Positions 24,521-38,000 of a stretch of DNA of 64,000 nucleotides are shown piece by piece. A program made the position numbers and the translations under genes. Under the pieces are notes generated by a model. That model had not been told where the DNA came from and did not search any database. It saw nothing but the letters and a program-made list of their open reading frames with translations. Within the stretch, counting starts at the first letter, position 1, and the number at the start of each line of letters is the position of its first letter. Source of the DNA: Raillietiella orientalis (taxonomy: Eukaryota). The stretch spans positions 1,364,001 through 1,428,000 of the forward strand of contig JAYWIR010000022.1 of NCBI GenBank assembly GCA_036172245.1, read 5' to 3'.

Positions 24521-27500
24521 GATGTGGCTTGACTGATTCGGTTTTGTCTTGTCTTTTCCGTTCTTAGAATTTTTGATCTTTACCCCTCAGAACGAAATAC
24601 GCTCCCAACTTTCCTTCCACTCATAGAAATCGTTGAACTCTACATTTTTCGCGTAACTCAGGTGTTGTGGTTTTGATTCTTCATAGGTAGCAAAGAGAGC
24701 TTTTCAGAAACTGCTCTAGGACATTCGGCTACCACTGCTGCCTTGTTCCGTGGATTGCTCTTTGAGTTTGCAGAGAGAATCATGTCTGCAGCAACCGTAT
24801 TGGATGCAAATGATCCCCTCTTCGTTTGCATACATCCTGCGATTCCTGACCTTTTTCGAATTTTCACTTGAATGTTTCAAACTTCAAAGGGGAAGAAAAT
24901 GGACACGCGTATTACCAAACGTACCACCATCAGTTTTCCATTATGGTGGTGACACGTTTCATTTCACGTCTCCTACAAAGCATATCACTACCGTACTGGA
25001 AGTATGCAGCTTAATGCCCCATCTACTTGAGGTTGGATTATTCTCAATGAATGTCGATGATTGCCTTCAGTCTACTTTTCTTCAGTGATCCTGGAGTCAT
25101 TCCTGTTTGATCCATAGTGCCTGTAGCATTCCGTATTTGATTTTCGATTGCCGTAGTTTATTTGCAACAAGAAGAAGCCATGTTATACATTAATTCAAAA
25201 ATGAGAAATTTGTTCTACGTTTTCGCACTTTACAAAACTCAAGGATTATCTTACGCACGCCAACATTATAGATATGTCATACTCTTATACGCAGTATGTG
25301 TTCGTGCCATTCAACACTGTTAGAAGACAAGAACCATCCACGGTATGTAGTGATACAGTTTCCAACAGTTTGCAAAAATATGTGTTACTTGCAGTATACA
25401 GATACCAAGGTGCACAAGTCCAGTATTTTCCATAATCTCCAAAACCTTAAGCAGCTTAGTTGAAGTTTTCGAATGATGCACCAAAGCACCTTTCTGGCTT
25501 TCTGTCTTTGAGACTTGAAATTCTAGATCTGAAACTCTGAATCATAGTCATCATCGCCATCGTGTACCAAGATGCAAACTGATACCATCCACAACGGAAA
25601 GACAGCACCCAACGCCAGCTCGAAAGTGTAAGCGGCATTAAAATTCATCTCTCAGAAGCAGTTTGACAGGTGCTCAGATCTCTAGACACAGAGTCCAGAT
25701 TTGCGTTTCCGAGAAAAAGTACCCTGTGCTCTTCTTTCAAAGTCTTGTGGTATTCTTACGGATGCTAAGCTAGATTTAGGGATTTTTCCTGAGCTCATGA
25801 GGTTCCGCGATGAATCTTTAACTCGCTATGCACAGTCGATTGATGGATTAGTACCAATTCCATGCTAAAAGCAAGGTGGTCTGTGCTCTCTTCTTTTCCT
25901 AGGATCGTTTACTTTTAATCTCTAAAGACTTCCTTACACTTCCGGAGAAGAGCATCCTCATGAAAAGCAAGAATCAACATGTTCTACATGCAAGTGCCTA
26001 AGTCCTAAAAGTTTTCTATTCATCCCTTTAGACGTTTCCACGTTTGATGCGAATTTCATAGTGAAGTGTGAGGAAAACAGCCATCATATTGACCACCTTT
26101 CCTTCTTTTATCTGTACCAAAACATGCTTAAGGAGGTCTTAACAATGATCCTCTATTTGCTGGTCTCTGATACTCTAAGCTGTTTGTGATGGGAATAAAC
26201 CATTCTTCTATGTGACCGAAGTACGTCTAGTGGCAAAGAAGCCAAACCTCAATCTTCTCTTCTTGGTGTGCTGAACTGCCTATCCTTGAGATGATTTCAA
26301 CATTAACATGCGTCCTATTTTTCTATATCTGTTGCTTTTGTGCATTCCTTCAGGCTTCTGAGAACAGAAATGCTTGCTAGGACACGTTTAGTACATTTAG
26401 GTAGTTCCTTGGTAATAAAGACTTCATTGGAAGCATTGACGTTCCTGTGACTTTTTCATTGTGATTCAGTCATATTCTTGCCTTGAAAGTTTTCTCCCGC
26501 TACCTCGGCATCTACCTCTCTGTACTTTGGATTTCAATCTATTGACCAAAGAGATCTCAGACAGAAACTAGAGAAATCCTTCCGCTGGCATTCTCTCCTT
26601 TGACTTTCCTTCAGCTCTCTGGTCACAATAAATCTTACTTCACACTGTATTTTGGATCAAATGCTTCCAGATTACTATAGAAGTGGATATGAATCCATGC
26701 TCCTGAAGCTGGACGTGCTGTTCGTGCTGCTCCCAAACGGAGTCTGTTCATCAGATGAGCCATGAGGAGATCAGGACCGAAGATTTACCTGTCCCATCAT
26801 GGAAATCCTTAGAGTGAGAATCTTAAGAATCTCTACGTTTTCGGGACCAAGAGGCAGAATCTTTCGGAACTAGGAGAAGTAACTACTCACAAAGAGGAAG
26901 GGAAGCGGATAAGGCAGGTGCCTTCTTTGAGGGCATCCTCAACTTTGACTCTCGAACCTGAGAGCCGCCTCTTGTTATTCCAGTAGTCGTAGGTCGGCGA
27001 TTTTCCGCTACTTCAGTTTGAAAGCCTTATTCTTCGACGCTGCACCCTTTGGAAGTTGAATATGGGTGATTTGAAGGATGCGAGGCAACCAGGTTCGATC
27101 ATAATCCCAAAGGTGTTTCCTTGCAAAGAAATTCCGGACTCCGAGTATATCATTTCTATTTCGGAAACTTTGCCTCTCGCATTCTTAGCATACGAGGTGG
27201 AAGCCAAAGCCTAAGAATCCTGAACCGGAACAAATTCCCTTCTTTCTCTTCTCCTGCTATGGAGATCGAAGAAGCAGACCGGGACCGGGAACCTGCTACG
27301 CTATCTTCGAAATGTCTTCAGAAACTCGTTTGCGCCAAAACTGAAATCAAGCAAGAGTTTCGATTCTTCGTATTTTTCCTCCTGGAGGAAGAGGAACAGA
27401 AAAAGGAGAACCATTGTCAGCATGCGCCAAGATTTCGGTCCCGATGTACGCTGTCACACACACACTTTCATTCCAAGAGTTCGTTCCGGAGAAGTTGCAT

Positions 27501-30500
27501 CCTTGGTGCCTTTCCTGGTTTTCTTAGGAGACAGTGGACGAAGAGGAAGGAGAAAACTGATCAAACAGCACCTTTTCATAGTCAAGAGCATCCTGGAGTG
27601 TAGCAGAGGTTCGCCTTCCCTTTCGGAAAGTGAAAAACTCCCCACAGTGACCTTCGGAATTTTTCGACTATGTTTACTGAGAAAATCGCACCTTTCATTC
27701 TGCAGAAATACAATGCTACCTCTTCAGTGGCATCCCCTAGCTCCTCTCGGCTTTCAAAGCATCTAGGTTGCAGATTTAAAGCGATTTTATCCAGAAGGAC
27801 ATGTGAATCAGGGTACTTGGTGTATGGGTGGAAATTTCCCCTCCCGCCAGCTGAGGCGAGCAGTAGAATCCATTCTAAGGATTACTTTTGTATCCTTTTG
27901 TTTCGTATATAGAAGACGCATCTTCTAAAGGGGAGGTGGTTTACCCAACCACGAACCCAAAAGATCAGGCAAGTAAGGTTTCTCGAATCCTCATTGTAGC
28001 CAAAATTACACACTGGATGAAATATCAGGAAAAACCTAAATCTCTAATTATTTGAAAACCTTTCCAGATTCCCTCAGGAGCCACTTCCCGATTGATCGTC
28101 CTAGCACCAATCGTATTTCTAATTTTCCGGTATAAGACTAAAAGCAGCTCTCTTTGCTTCAAGTTTCCAGGTTTTTTTATTTAGAGCAGCAGAGTGTCGA
28201 ATACTAACAGGGAATGGCGCACTCCTCCTAATGCTGATTCCTGGAAGTTCTTCTAAAAGTGTTCCTGCTTATCATGATCCTAACGTGACCTCTTTGCCTT
28301 TCCACTGCAATTTGCGTTCAGAATTCCACTTTTTTTCGATCGGAAGAATAGCTAACTCTTCTCTCACTTCAGTTTACTGTCACTCTCTTCTTGTTGCACT
28401 CTGAGTCTCTAAAAGGATCTCCGAATGCTGTAACGATGCAGCAGTTCTCTCCATTTTCTTCTCCTCAGCCTGGGTTTTCCATTAGCTGGAAGTTAACTTC
28501 CAGCTGGTGAATTCACCCGCTGATTCCCATCGTTTGCTCATCACCAGCTGACTCTCACCGAGTCCTATAGGGAGGCGCAAAACTCTTCCGGAACTTTCTA
28601 GGTGCGCCTTCAACCGAAAGGAATTTGACAGCTTCTGGGTTAAGGAGCAAAGTAAGAGCGTTCTCCGCTGTTGCACATGCTCCCTGCTTCGTCAGCATAC
28701 ATAGCTCTTCCATTGGAAGATCAGGAAGCAGAGATAGGAAAAATAATTTCCGGAGTAGCTTTCTAGACTTTTCCTACATTCCTCTCTGTGTTTTCGGTAT
28801 TCTCATTCTTCATGATAATTTCAGTCCGCAAAACTAGGTGCGCCCATTTCTCCATTACAGACCCTGCGCTTCTTCGAAAAGCTGCCACGGTGGTCATCGT
28901 GGAACTTACTTGTGGCAAGAGAGATGTTAAGCAAAGTTTTCTCTCTAAATTTTCTTTTGGGGGGATCGGTTTTTTTGTAGATCCTTCTTTCGCGAGGTGG
29001 TTTTGCAAACAGATCTCTTTCTCGTGGATTTTACTTGTTCATAGAGATTCATTCGGAACATGCTCTTGCGATAGTGAGAGTGCCCCAGCGAATTCATCAG
29101 CAGTATTTCTGCTTATCTCGAGAGTGGAAGAGGAAATATTTAGTTGCTGTCTGCTCACATCCACGTGCTGCGGAAACTGCGAAGAGAAGTTGCTACAGTA
29201 ACTGTAGTCTGCCCAGTCATTCTTATGTCATTTCAAAACTACAGTGTCGAGAAGGATTCGACATTTCTTCTCGAATTCTACAAGCAGTGGACACAGTATG
29301 AATGCGACAAAGATTCACTTCCTTCCCCTAGGATAGCACACATGGATAGGAATGAAGAAGACTTTGGATTCTAAGGACCTCATCATATGCACGCCTTCCT
29401 TGTGGAAGTTCTTAATTCAACATAGTAATCTCACAGAGGTGCAACCCTTACAAAGCTTCTAGAAATCTTCGTTATAGGGAGGAGAGAGTTCTTAGCTGTT
29501 CAGTTCCGTTTGCTGCCTCTTATGTCTTCTTTCATCTTCGAAAAATTAAGAAAAAAAATTCTTGGAATACGAGCTGATCCTTTGATCATCCTCTGGCTAC
29601 TTCATGATGTTCCACCGAAAGCACATCGAGAACCCTTGTTTACTCTCGACGGTCGACGTTTTAAGTGTAGGCGAAACGTGGTACGACGCGAATGGAAGAC
29701 GGTTTGTTCGGGTCACGGAGATAAGTCCCGTAGGAAGATGCTTTCACTGATCTCTTGCTTCTTGTGCAATCGCTCGACTAAATATTGATGCAATTAGAGC
29801 GCCAGCCTTCATCACGAACTTCTTAGAGAATATGAAGGCTGGATTCTGATCTCCGCACCTTCGCAACGATCACAGGAAACCAGCTACCATTCACTTCCGA
29901 GAGGCATCCTTGAAAACCAGAGTAGTTTGAGCATGGGTATGCCGCTTTTATTGGAGCTGCTTCTATTGGATCAGGTAGTCCGAAAGAAGCCTGTTCTCCT
30001 GTTGTCTACACGAGAGAAGGAACGCTTGCTCCCAAAAGGCGGCAAGCCTGGTAACTGGTTGCCAGAACGGAGTTTCTCCATGGGATTTGGTGAAATCAGG
30101 AACGAAATAACATGAAAATTAAACTAATCTGTTGCTCTCCTTTTTCTTGCTTTGGATGCAAATAAATGGCAGAAGATTATGGAAATTCAGCCTTGCATGC
30201 TGATTGTCAACAGTTGGAATCTGCTGCGCTAAGCAGAGAAGCCAATTAGAAACGCTGCTCGTCCCAGCACCAGAAATGCTGTGTATATGGTGCAAGAAGT
30301 GAATAAACGTTATGGAGCGGAAACTTTCTGGGTGAATGAGATCTGTCCTCCGTCCGAGCAGCTGCTGATCAGATCATAATTCTTCCAAAACGTTCTCTCC
30401 ACACCAGGAAGTTGCCAGAGAGCAATACCAATGAAGTAGGTTGCATGTTTTTCATTTTATTGAATCTGGATTATCATTTCGCTTGTGATCCCGAAAATTC

Positions 30501-32149
30501 AGATAAGATCTGTGTGATCATGCAGAAAAGTACCGGAAAGAATTACGGTCCAGTTATTGCTTGAGCGCCTCCTTGAGTGTAGAGATGGCATCTTACAATC
30601 GTTGTTTCAAGTCAATCGATCGGGCACTCCCGATCCATTTGGATTCTGCATCGAGGAACGAGTTGAAGGTGAATGAATGGAACTCCAACGGCGAGGGTGG
30701 TGCAGCAGCGGATGGCGTGCGCTGCTCGGGTAGAGGCAACGGGGCTGCTGACCCAAAACGAATCCATCAGATGTTAAAAAGGCAGCATTTTTCTGGCCAT
30801 GGATCATGGTCGGAAGCCACAGAAAGTACGCATGCTTGTTCCTGCAAGCGTTTCTTAATTGTTTCTTTGATATTATGAAGGAGTTTCCGTTGCAAACTCA
30901 AAGGTATGGTTACTCTGGGGAGCAAGTCATGTTATTAAGAAATGTCATTTAAGAATCACAATGACCTCGGCCACAGGCTGCCAACTAGTGTTTTCAAACT
31001 CACTGAGAGCGCCTAGTAGGTGATCAGTCATAAACGGTGGCAACAGAGAGGGAAAACGAGGAGGCGAGTTGGAGCACTGGCAAGCTGTTTGGAGCCTTCA
31101 AGGTTCGCAAACTCGTCCAGTAGGAACGGAATTACCGCGAAATTGAAAGCATGAAAGATCTACGGCACACTGCCAGCAACCAATCTCAAATATTCTTCCT
31201 CAAATATCTTTTCAGGAGTTTTATCCAAAGCTCATGGAGCGATCACAGATCGATCATGCTACAGGAACGATGGGCTGAATTAGCAGCTGATGCGACCTCT
31301 GCCTTGGTGTTATTCTTAGGATGACTCCAAAAAAAAAAAAAAAAAAACGCGAAATGAGACAATAACTGACATTGGCGCACCCTGCGATGTGCACTTGAAA
31401 AAAAAAATGTCATTGTTTTTGGAAGTATTCTCAAAAGGCTAAAAGTAGAATCAGGAACAAGTGTCCTCTGAATAACACTAAGAACACTCAAAAATTCGAA
31501 TCGAACCACCGTCGCGAGAAGTTCGAAACGGCCCTCAGAAGCCAGCATGGAGAGAAACAAAACGGATGTTAAGCATCGCTGCCCTTAGCTCTAAGTATTC
31601 GTTGAAGCTTTGATGATTGGCTAAGCAACTGACCCATTTTGAGAACATCTCTCAACTCGTCTATCCATTCATTCACCTTAAGCATTCTCGCTCCTGTAAA
31701 AGAGGACGCGATCCTCTACAAGCAAGGCCTGCCACAGAGCCACCAGATCGCTTCACGGCTCGAAAATTATGAGATTACCAACTGCATGTACGTTGATTCA
31801 GTCGGACCCTCAGGATAACGAATAACTGAAACTCGGACAATGCAGCCAGAAACGGCAGAAGATGGCTCATTGGAGAGAGCGCAAGAGTGAAGTCTGTTGA
31901 GCCTGCGAATCTCTAGACTGCAACATTTTCCAAGAAAGCCAGTAATGGCAGTCCTCAAACATAACAAGCGAGATGGTAGTTGGAACCTTGATAGCTTAAA
32001 GAACGATACTTCACCACTTGCTTTAGAAGATGAGTTCAAGCATCCGTGAACGATGAAAAAGATCACAAGAGGTAGAATTGAAAAATGGAAAGAAGAACAT
32101 ATGATACCTCCTGAAATGGGTAATAAGTTCGCCCAGTCCCAGAAGAGTT

Positions 32150-32340
32150 CGTGAAATGATAGTTGTGGGAGAGGAAGATGAGGAGGAGGAAAAGAACGAA
32201 GTCTTTCTACATTTGGGGTGACTTTGAAAGTAAGCAGGAGAAAGGCAAGCTGCTCAAGTGATAGAGACAGCAACACGAAAAAGGAAAGAATGAACGTAAT
32301 TTTTTCGAAAGAAGTGAACAAGTGACGGATACTTTTCGAT
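32150..32340 (-). repeat. Second copy of the 24.3-kb decayed repeat
   Basis: Nucleotide match to 24278-24360. Both translate on the minus strand as RLRSFPPP. Confidence 0.6.
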
Positions 32341-33759
32341 CAGATCGCGAGCTGCTTCTCCAGGAGCAGCTCGTCGCTTGCTGTGGTTTCACACAACAGT
32401 GTACTCTGGTCTAACATTTAGCAGTTACATCTCTAATCAAAGGTGAGAAGTCCGTGGTTTTCTAAGCAGTTCCATTTAATTATCTCAGATCCTTGGAAAC
32501 CAAGAATAAATGAGGAATTTAGAGGAGTCTGAAGAAAAAGGATAGGTTTGTCGCTTCCAGAGAGTAGACAGGGCTCTCAGCATCCATCGTGTTACACAGG
32601 TCAACAGTAGCAATGAATCAAGAGATTCGCATGGACTCCCACAAACAACTTTTCAAAGGAATTCAAAAGTCATGATGTCTTTTTATAGAAGAAATCTGCT
32701 TGTTTCTCGAGAGGAACAGAGAGCTGCCACCATAATATGCTCGCTAGTTCTCTGTTCTCTCAACAGAACTTGCCATTTTTGAATCAGGCTGCGATAGGAC
32801 TCGGTTTCCTATGTCAAAGAAGACGCTGGTACATGCAGAGATGCTTACTCACTGCCAAACGCAAACGTTTCCTACATCATGAGACGTCGAAAAGAAGTTT
32901 GTTATACACCTTATCGCCCTTCATAGCCTTTTTCCAAACCCGACTATAGAATTGTGGAATCTCGGTCCAGATGTCAAATTTTCCTATAGCGGTTGCAGCA
33001 GAATTAAGAATTCAGACGAGGGAATGTTCTTCTTTCTTGCTCAGTTGTTCCCCAGTTCCAGTTCGTAATTTCAGATTCATCCAGATGTCAGTCGTACCAA
33101 TGTTCTTATCCCGAGCGGTTTTCTTTTTCTCGCCTTCTTCTCAAACAACCTTAAGAAGGTTCGATAGGTGGAAGTCGATTCAAATTACAACTTTTTTCGA
33201 GTGGATCCGATTCTTGCCGCCAATAAAGAAATCAAGACGTATTTCGAGCTACAGAGTGTCCTTTCTTCGTAAATCATACTGAATATTTTCTGTATCCTAC
33301 TTCCTTATTCGGAAAGAACTCCTGGAAATGTATGTCACGACTTCGGAACACCTGAGGGCGTCACATTGGATCCCTCTGTGCTTCTCATCCAGAAACAACA
33401 GCGCTTCAAAGTAACTCCAGTGCAACGCAGGGCCAGAAAGAAGGATGAAAATAAGAGATATACTCTGACGTCATCCATGCAACCACGTATTTGGAAGGAA
33501 AGATAAAGAAAAATCCACAGGCAGCAAACAGTTCCGAAGGAAGATTCTTCGAAAGTATCTGAGGGTTTGATAAAGGAGAGCAGGAGATTCCCCAACACTA
33601 GGTGTCCGAAAAAACCATCAAGGGAGCGGATTCGTCCTTCAGAGGATGAGTCAGGAACGACATATGATTGCTCTGGAAACCAGTTTCTAAGATGCCCTGC
33701 AGATGAGGAAGGATCCTTTTCCTCTAGGTACTCTTCTAGATGAAAAGATGAGAGCCTGG

Positions 33760-33900
33760 TCACGGCATTCTATCGACAGCCTCTTCAAGACAGGCAAAAA
33801 ATAAATGTTGGGGACAGGAAACGGGATCTTCCTGTGCGCAACAAGAACAATCATTACAGACCTGATGGTCTACATGGATGACACCAAGCTTTTTTCTTGA
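33760..33900 (+). mobile_element. Short RT catalytic-motif remnant (IITDLMVYMDDTKLF)
   Basis: YMDD at 33871-33882, in a context resembling xSHLLYMDDxKLF of restriction-endonuclease-type non-LTR elements. A broken GIL..DSL lies just upstream. Confidence 0.4.
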
Positions 33901-34990
33901 TTTTCAGGTATCCAACACGATTCTTCGGTTTTTAGTCAAAACTGGTTGACTTTAGCTGGCCAGAGAGCAGATTCATCAGAGGGGCTCTCTATCTATAGGT
34001 CGATCACAGGAAAATCAACAGGAAGCTGTTCTTGTGGTCTGTGGGCTGAGTTTGTTGAGTTTACTTGCACTTGATACCAGCTGCCGTACTTCGAAGACCT
34101 TGTCTTTCATACTTCCTCCAAGAGGCATTTCTTTAATTCCAGAAATGAATCTGCGCCCTGAGTTCATTCTTTCTGTCCTGTTTGGAGGAATCACGTGCCG
34201 AAGACTACCAGCTACCTGTCGATACTCGTCTTCAACACTCTCAAAATTCTTCTCTGGACTTTATTTCAACTCAACTGGAAGCTGTAGAGATCCTCAACTG
34301 GGCTTTTCTGCAGGAGGTTGTCATCGTTTCTTCTAGAAGTGCTCTGATTCCCTCCGACAGTTTCTTCTGTTTGAAGTCGAAAGTCAAGGGAAGATGCATC
34401 TTTTCTTCTTCAGCGAACAGCCCAAAACGCTCATCTCCTTTGCTTGTTCTTTGTCTGCTCCGCACTTCTCTTGGAATCTGTTACCATTCCCAGTGCGGAT
34501 ACATCCTCAGCGAACTAAATCTCCCCGGCGAGACTACTAGCAGCCTCTCTCACTCACATTCATGGTGCATGGACGCGCTCATCGAACGCCTTTTTAGAGA
34601 ATACATTCTTCCAGGAAACTCTGGGTCTGCTTCTCTAGCATCTGAGATATAAGTCCTTGCTGTCTGCTGGAACCAGCATCTGCGCCAGAAAAGGCTACTT
34701 GTACGAGTTTTCAGCTCTTCGACTGAGAAGCTGGCAAAATTTCGAGGAATTAGACTGCGGAGTACCTTTGGAGCAAGCGAGCAGACCTCTGCGTATGTCA
34801 GGGAGGGCATCATTAGCCCCTACGGTGCCCCCAAGGTGCGGGAAGATTGCAGAGTGAAAATAGAAAAGAATGGAGAAGGAGAGACAAAGGAGGAAGAGGA
34901 AGGGGGTAGAGAAAGGGTGCATCCTTCCGAAGAAAACATATGGATTCCAAATGCAAGCAAGAGGATGGGAGAAACCTCTGAGAGATTTAC

Positions 34991-35094
34991 CATGCTGTCC
35001 TGGACGTCGTCGACAACGCACGACATGACGGCTTCCCTTCCAGCAGTGACGGTGACGTTCCTTATGGGTTCTGCGAAGCGCGTCGCCAGGGCAG
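34991..35094 (-). CDS. DIP-delta: DIP/Lachesin-like gene, exon encoding start of Ig1 (ALATRFAEPIRNVTVTAGREAVMSCVVDDVQDSM)
   Basis: Acceptor gttttccag|, donor ATG|gtaaat. The RFxEPIxNVTVxxGRxAxxxCVV motif is typical of DIP Ig1. Confidence 0.9.
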
Positions 35095-38000
35095 CTGGAA
35101 AACATTCGAAGGTGCCCAGTGAGAAGAAGTAGAGGATGCTGCGCTTAAGGGTGGTGTCTTTCACGAAATTTCCAGAGTGATGCATGACTTTTAGCCGGTG
35201 TGGGGGGAAGGGGGGGGAGGATAGAAGCAACTGGGCGCTGCTACCATGGCCGCCGGCGTCTATTGCCGCCTACGGAATGGAGCCTCGCCATTCGGTTCCT
35301 CCTCCTGACCCTCAGTAGTCATTTGTTTCGTCTGCCGCGAAGACGGGGCACAATTCTTCCCCCTCGGCCCCTGTTCCACTCGAAAAAAGATTTTCATTGT
35401 GGAATCGTCCTCCTACTCCCCTTGTTTGAGGACCATTCGAGAGTATCGTTGACGCTCGTTGGTCGGGCACGTGCTTGTCGAGGTGACCGTCTACTCTCCT
35501 TCATGATCACCTCGTCTCGCAAAGCGTCTACCTAAGAAGAGGTTAGGTCTTCCGCGGTCCGAAGGTTCTCCATTTTTGCAATCCTACTTTACTGACCTCC
35601 CTTGAATTCAAACGGAAGGGGTAGGAAAGACGTATCGTCGAGACTGACCGAAAACCTGGCCCGAGGATTTGGTCAGTTTCCTCAGACCTCCGCCTTCCCT
35701 GGAGAGTAGGGAGATTACGTGGTCTGGGCGAGAGACTTTTCTTCGGATGCCCTCGTTTTCCCGTTCCCTCGCAACCCGGTAATTCACTTGGCTTTTACGT
35801 CTTCTCTCGCCCCGGAAAGCCCTTCGGTCGGGGCGAGGGGAAGAGCACATCTGGAGTCTGCGGTTCTCTGAAGGTCGCTGTTCACTTGTCCCCACTCGAA
35901 TGCTTCGTCCCTAACTTCCATCTCTTCGCTGAAGGGAGACGGATCGAAGGAGTTTGGTTTCCCGAACTCCCTTGATTAGCCCCTTTATCTGGAGGCATCA
36001 TCCGCCGCGATGAACCCCATCCTATTTCAGCACAGGAGATTAGGGCTGAGGTATGGAGGAGAGGAAGGAGGGTTGGCCTCGGGAACGCATAGGTCTCAGC
36101 ATCCAGATGAGTCACTGCAGGGGCTAGACGCCGAACCTCCAGGGGCAACGGTTCGACTTCCCTTGGCCTTTTGCAGCTGTTGGAAGCTGCAAAAGTTCAA
36201 GGCAAGTAGGGTGGTTCCAAACCCTGTGAGATGTCACCCGGGAAGCCGCGCTTGCTTTGAGAGGTATCTCCACGTTTCTCTACATATCCCTAAAAGCTGC
36301 TTCGTGAGGACACGAAGCATCCCTCTCTTCGGAGTTTCTTCCTCCCCCCCGCCTCCATCATCAGGCGTGCCGGCCAAAGGACGCGATCGGAGGACTCACT
36401 TTCTCAAAACTTGGTGCATTAAGCGCTGCCTCTCTCGCTTGTGCTCCTCCCTAATAAGGATGCAGGAGCGGGCAAGACAACCCTAATAGGTGATTTATCT
36501 GATGGTCGCTCTCCCTACCTCGCAGAGGATTTTAATTAAAACTTTTGATCACCAGGCCTACGAGAATGTACCGAGGCATATATCACGGTGAGGCAGCGAC
36601 TGCTCAAGATAACGCGTCTCGGCTCGAAGATTAGTCTCTGAGATCCAGCATAGCAGCCAAACCGTATTTTGCTTTCTTCCTCCCATTTCGGCTTCCTCCT
36701 TCCACAGCGAATCGGGATCCGTGCTTTCTCCCGGAGTTCACCGGCGTCCCTGGCGCAGAGCCGCTTGTTATTCCGATCCGCATCATCTGGTCCAGAAACC
36801 CTGTGACTTGTTTTCTTCCGCACTCCATCATCCCAGCGTGTCGAGGGCTCTGCAGAATCAGCAAAAAGCCATCGCCGCGTACAAGAGGGAGGAAAAGAGG
36901 GAAGAGGCGGGTCCCTGGTCCTTATGGCTGTTCTGCTCCCTTAGATTTTACCAATGCGCTGTAGGAGGAAGAGGAGGAGAGGAAGGAGGAAGGGTGGTGG
37001 AAGTGGGAAATGGAGGGGGATGAGTGGGTAACCCAGAACTGTACTTGTTCTCCCAAGAGACGCCACCATCCTGATGTTTGCGCGTATCCTCGGAACAAGT
37101 ATCCTGCAGGATCTCTTCGGCCTCTGCGCTTCTCTGTGAAGAGCACCATTTTCAGAGGAAACGAGGGCGACAGTGAGGCTGGAGCATCCTCGAAGAGTGC
37201 CTTCCTTCCCTCCTTTCCGACCCGCTCTCTGCACGCCTGGTCGCACGACCACCGCGTGAGACCTTCTCTCCTCTCACGACGACTCCGGGCTCGATCTTTT
37301 CTCAGAGGGCCCGGAGGAAGGGAAGCGTCTTCAGCTAAGATGGCTCCTCTTTCTGCTTCCCAGCTCTCTTCTCTTTTTTCTTGGAAGCTCCCACCTTTGT
37401 CTCTGGCGCTTACTTGGCGGGAGAGAAATGGAGAAGAAAAAAGGGTTTCTTTTTTACCCTGGGAGATTGGAGAGGGAAAACGGAGAGGAGGGGAGGGGAA
37501 AAGAAGCGGCACAGGCTACGTGCCTTGACGCGGCTTCTCCCAGTTCTCGGATATCACTATTCCCATCGGTCCAGAGACGATGCCGATTGTCCCACTTCTC
37601 CTTGTTCCTTCCCTCGCGTCTGTTTTGCTTCGCACCAGGGCGCGGTGGTGCCTTAGGGTTCTCGGGACTGACTGGTTTCCGGAGCCTCCGAGGGCGCAGA
37701 GGATGCCGCAGGCGCGCGAGACCTGCAGCATCTTTCCTGAACCCCCTTTCGAGGAAAAGAAGCAAACTGACCCGAGAGGCCTCTAAAAAGAGGGAGCGCA
37801 GCAAGTCCTGCCCACGGGGATACAGGAGAAAAAAACGGAGGACGCGACGACGCACACTTTTCTCGTGGGTCGGAACCGCAAGTCCACGACGACAGCAGAG
37901 GCGTCATCTTCCCGGAGGAGTGGGTGACGGAGAAACATTTCTTGAGAGGAATAGGGAAGAGACTTGGAACATTTCCATTCCTTCTCCGGAAGGCAGTTCC

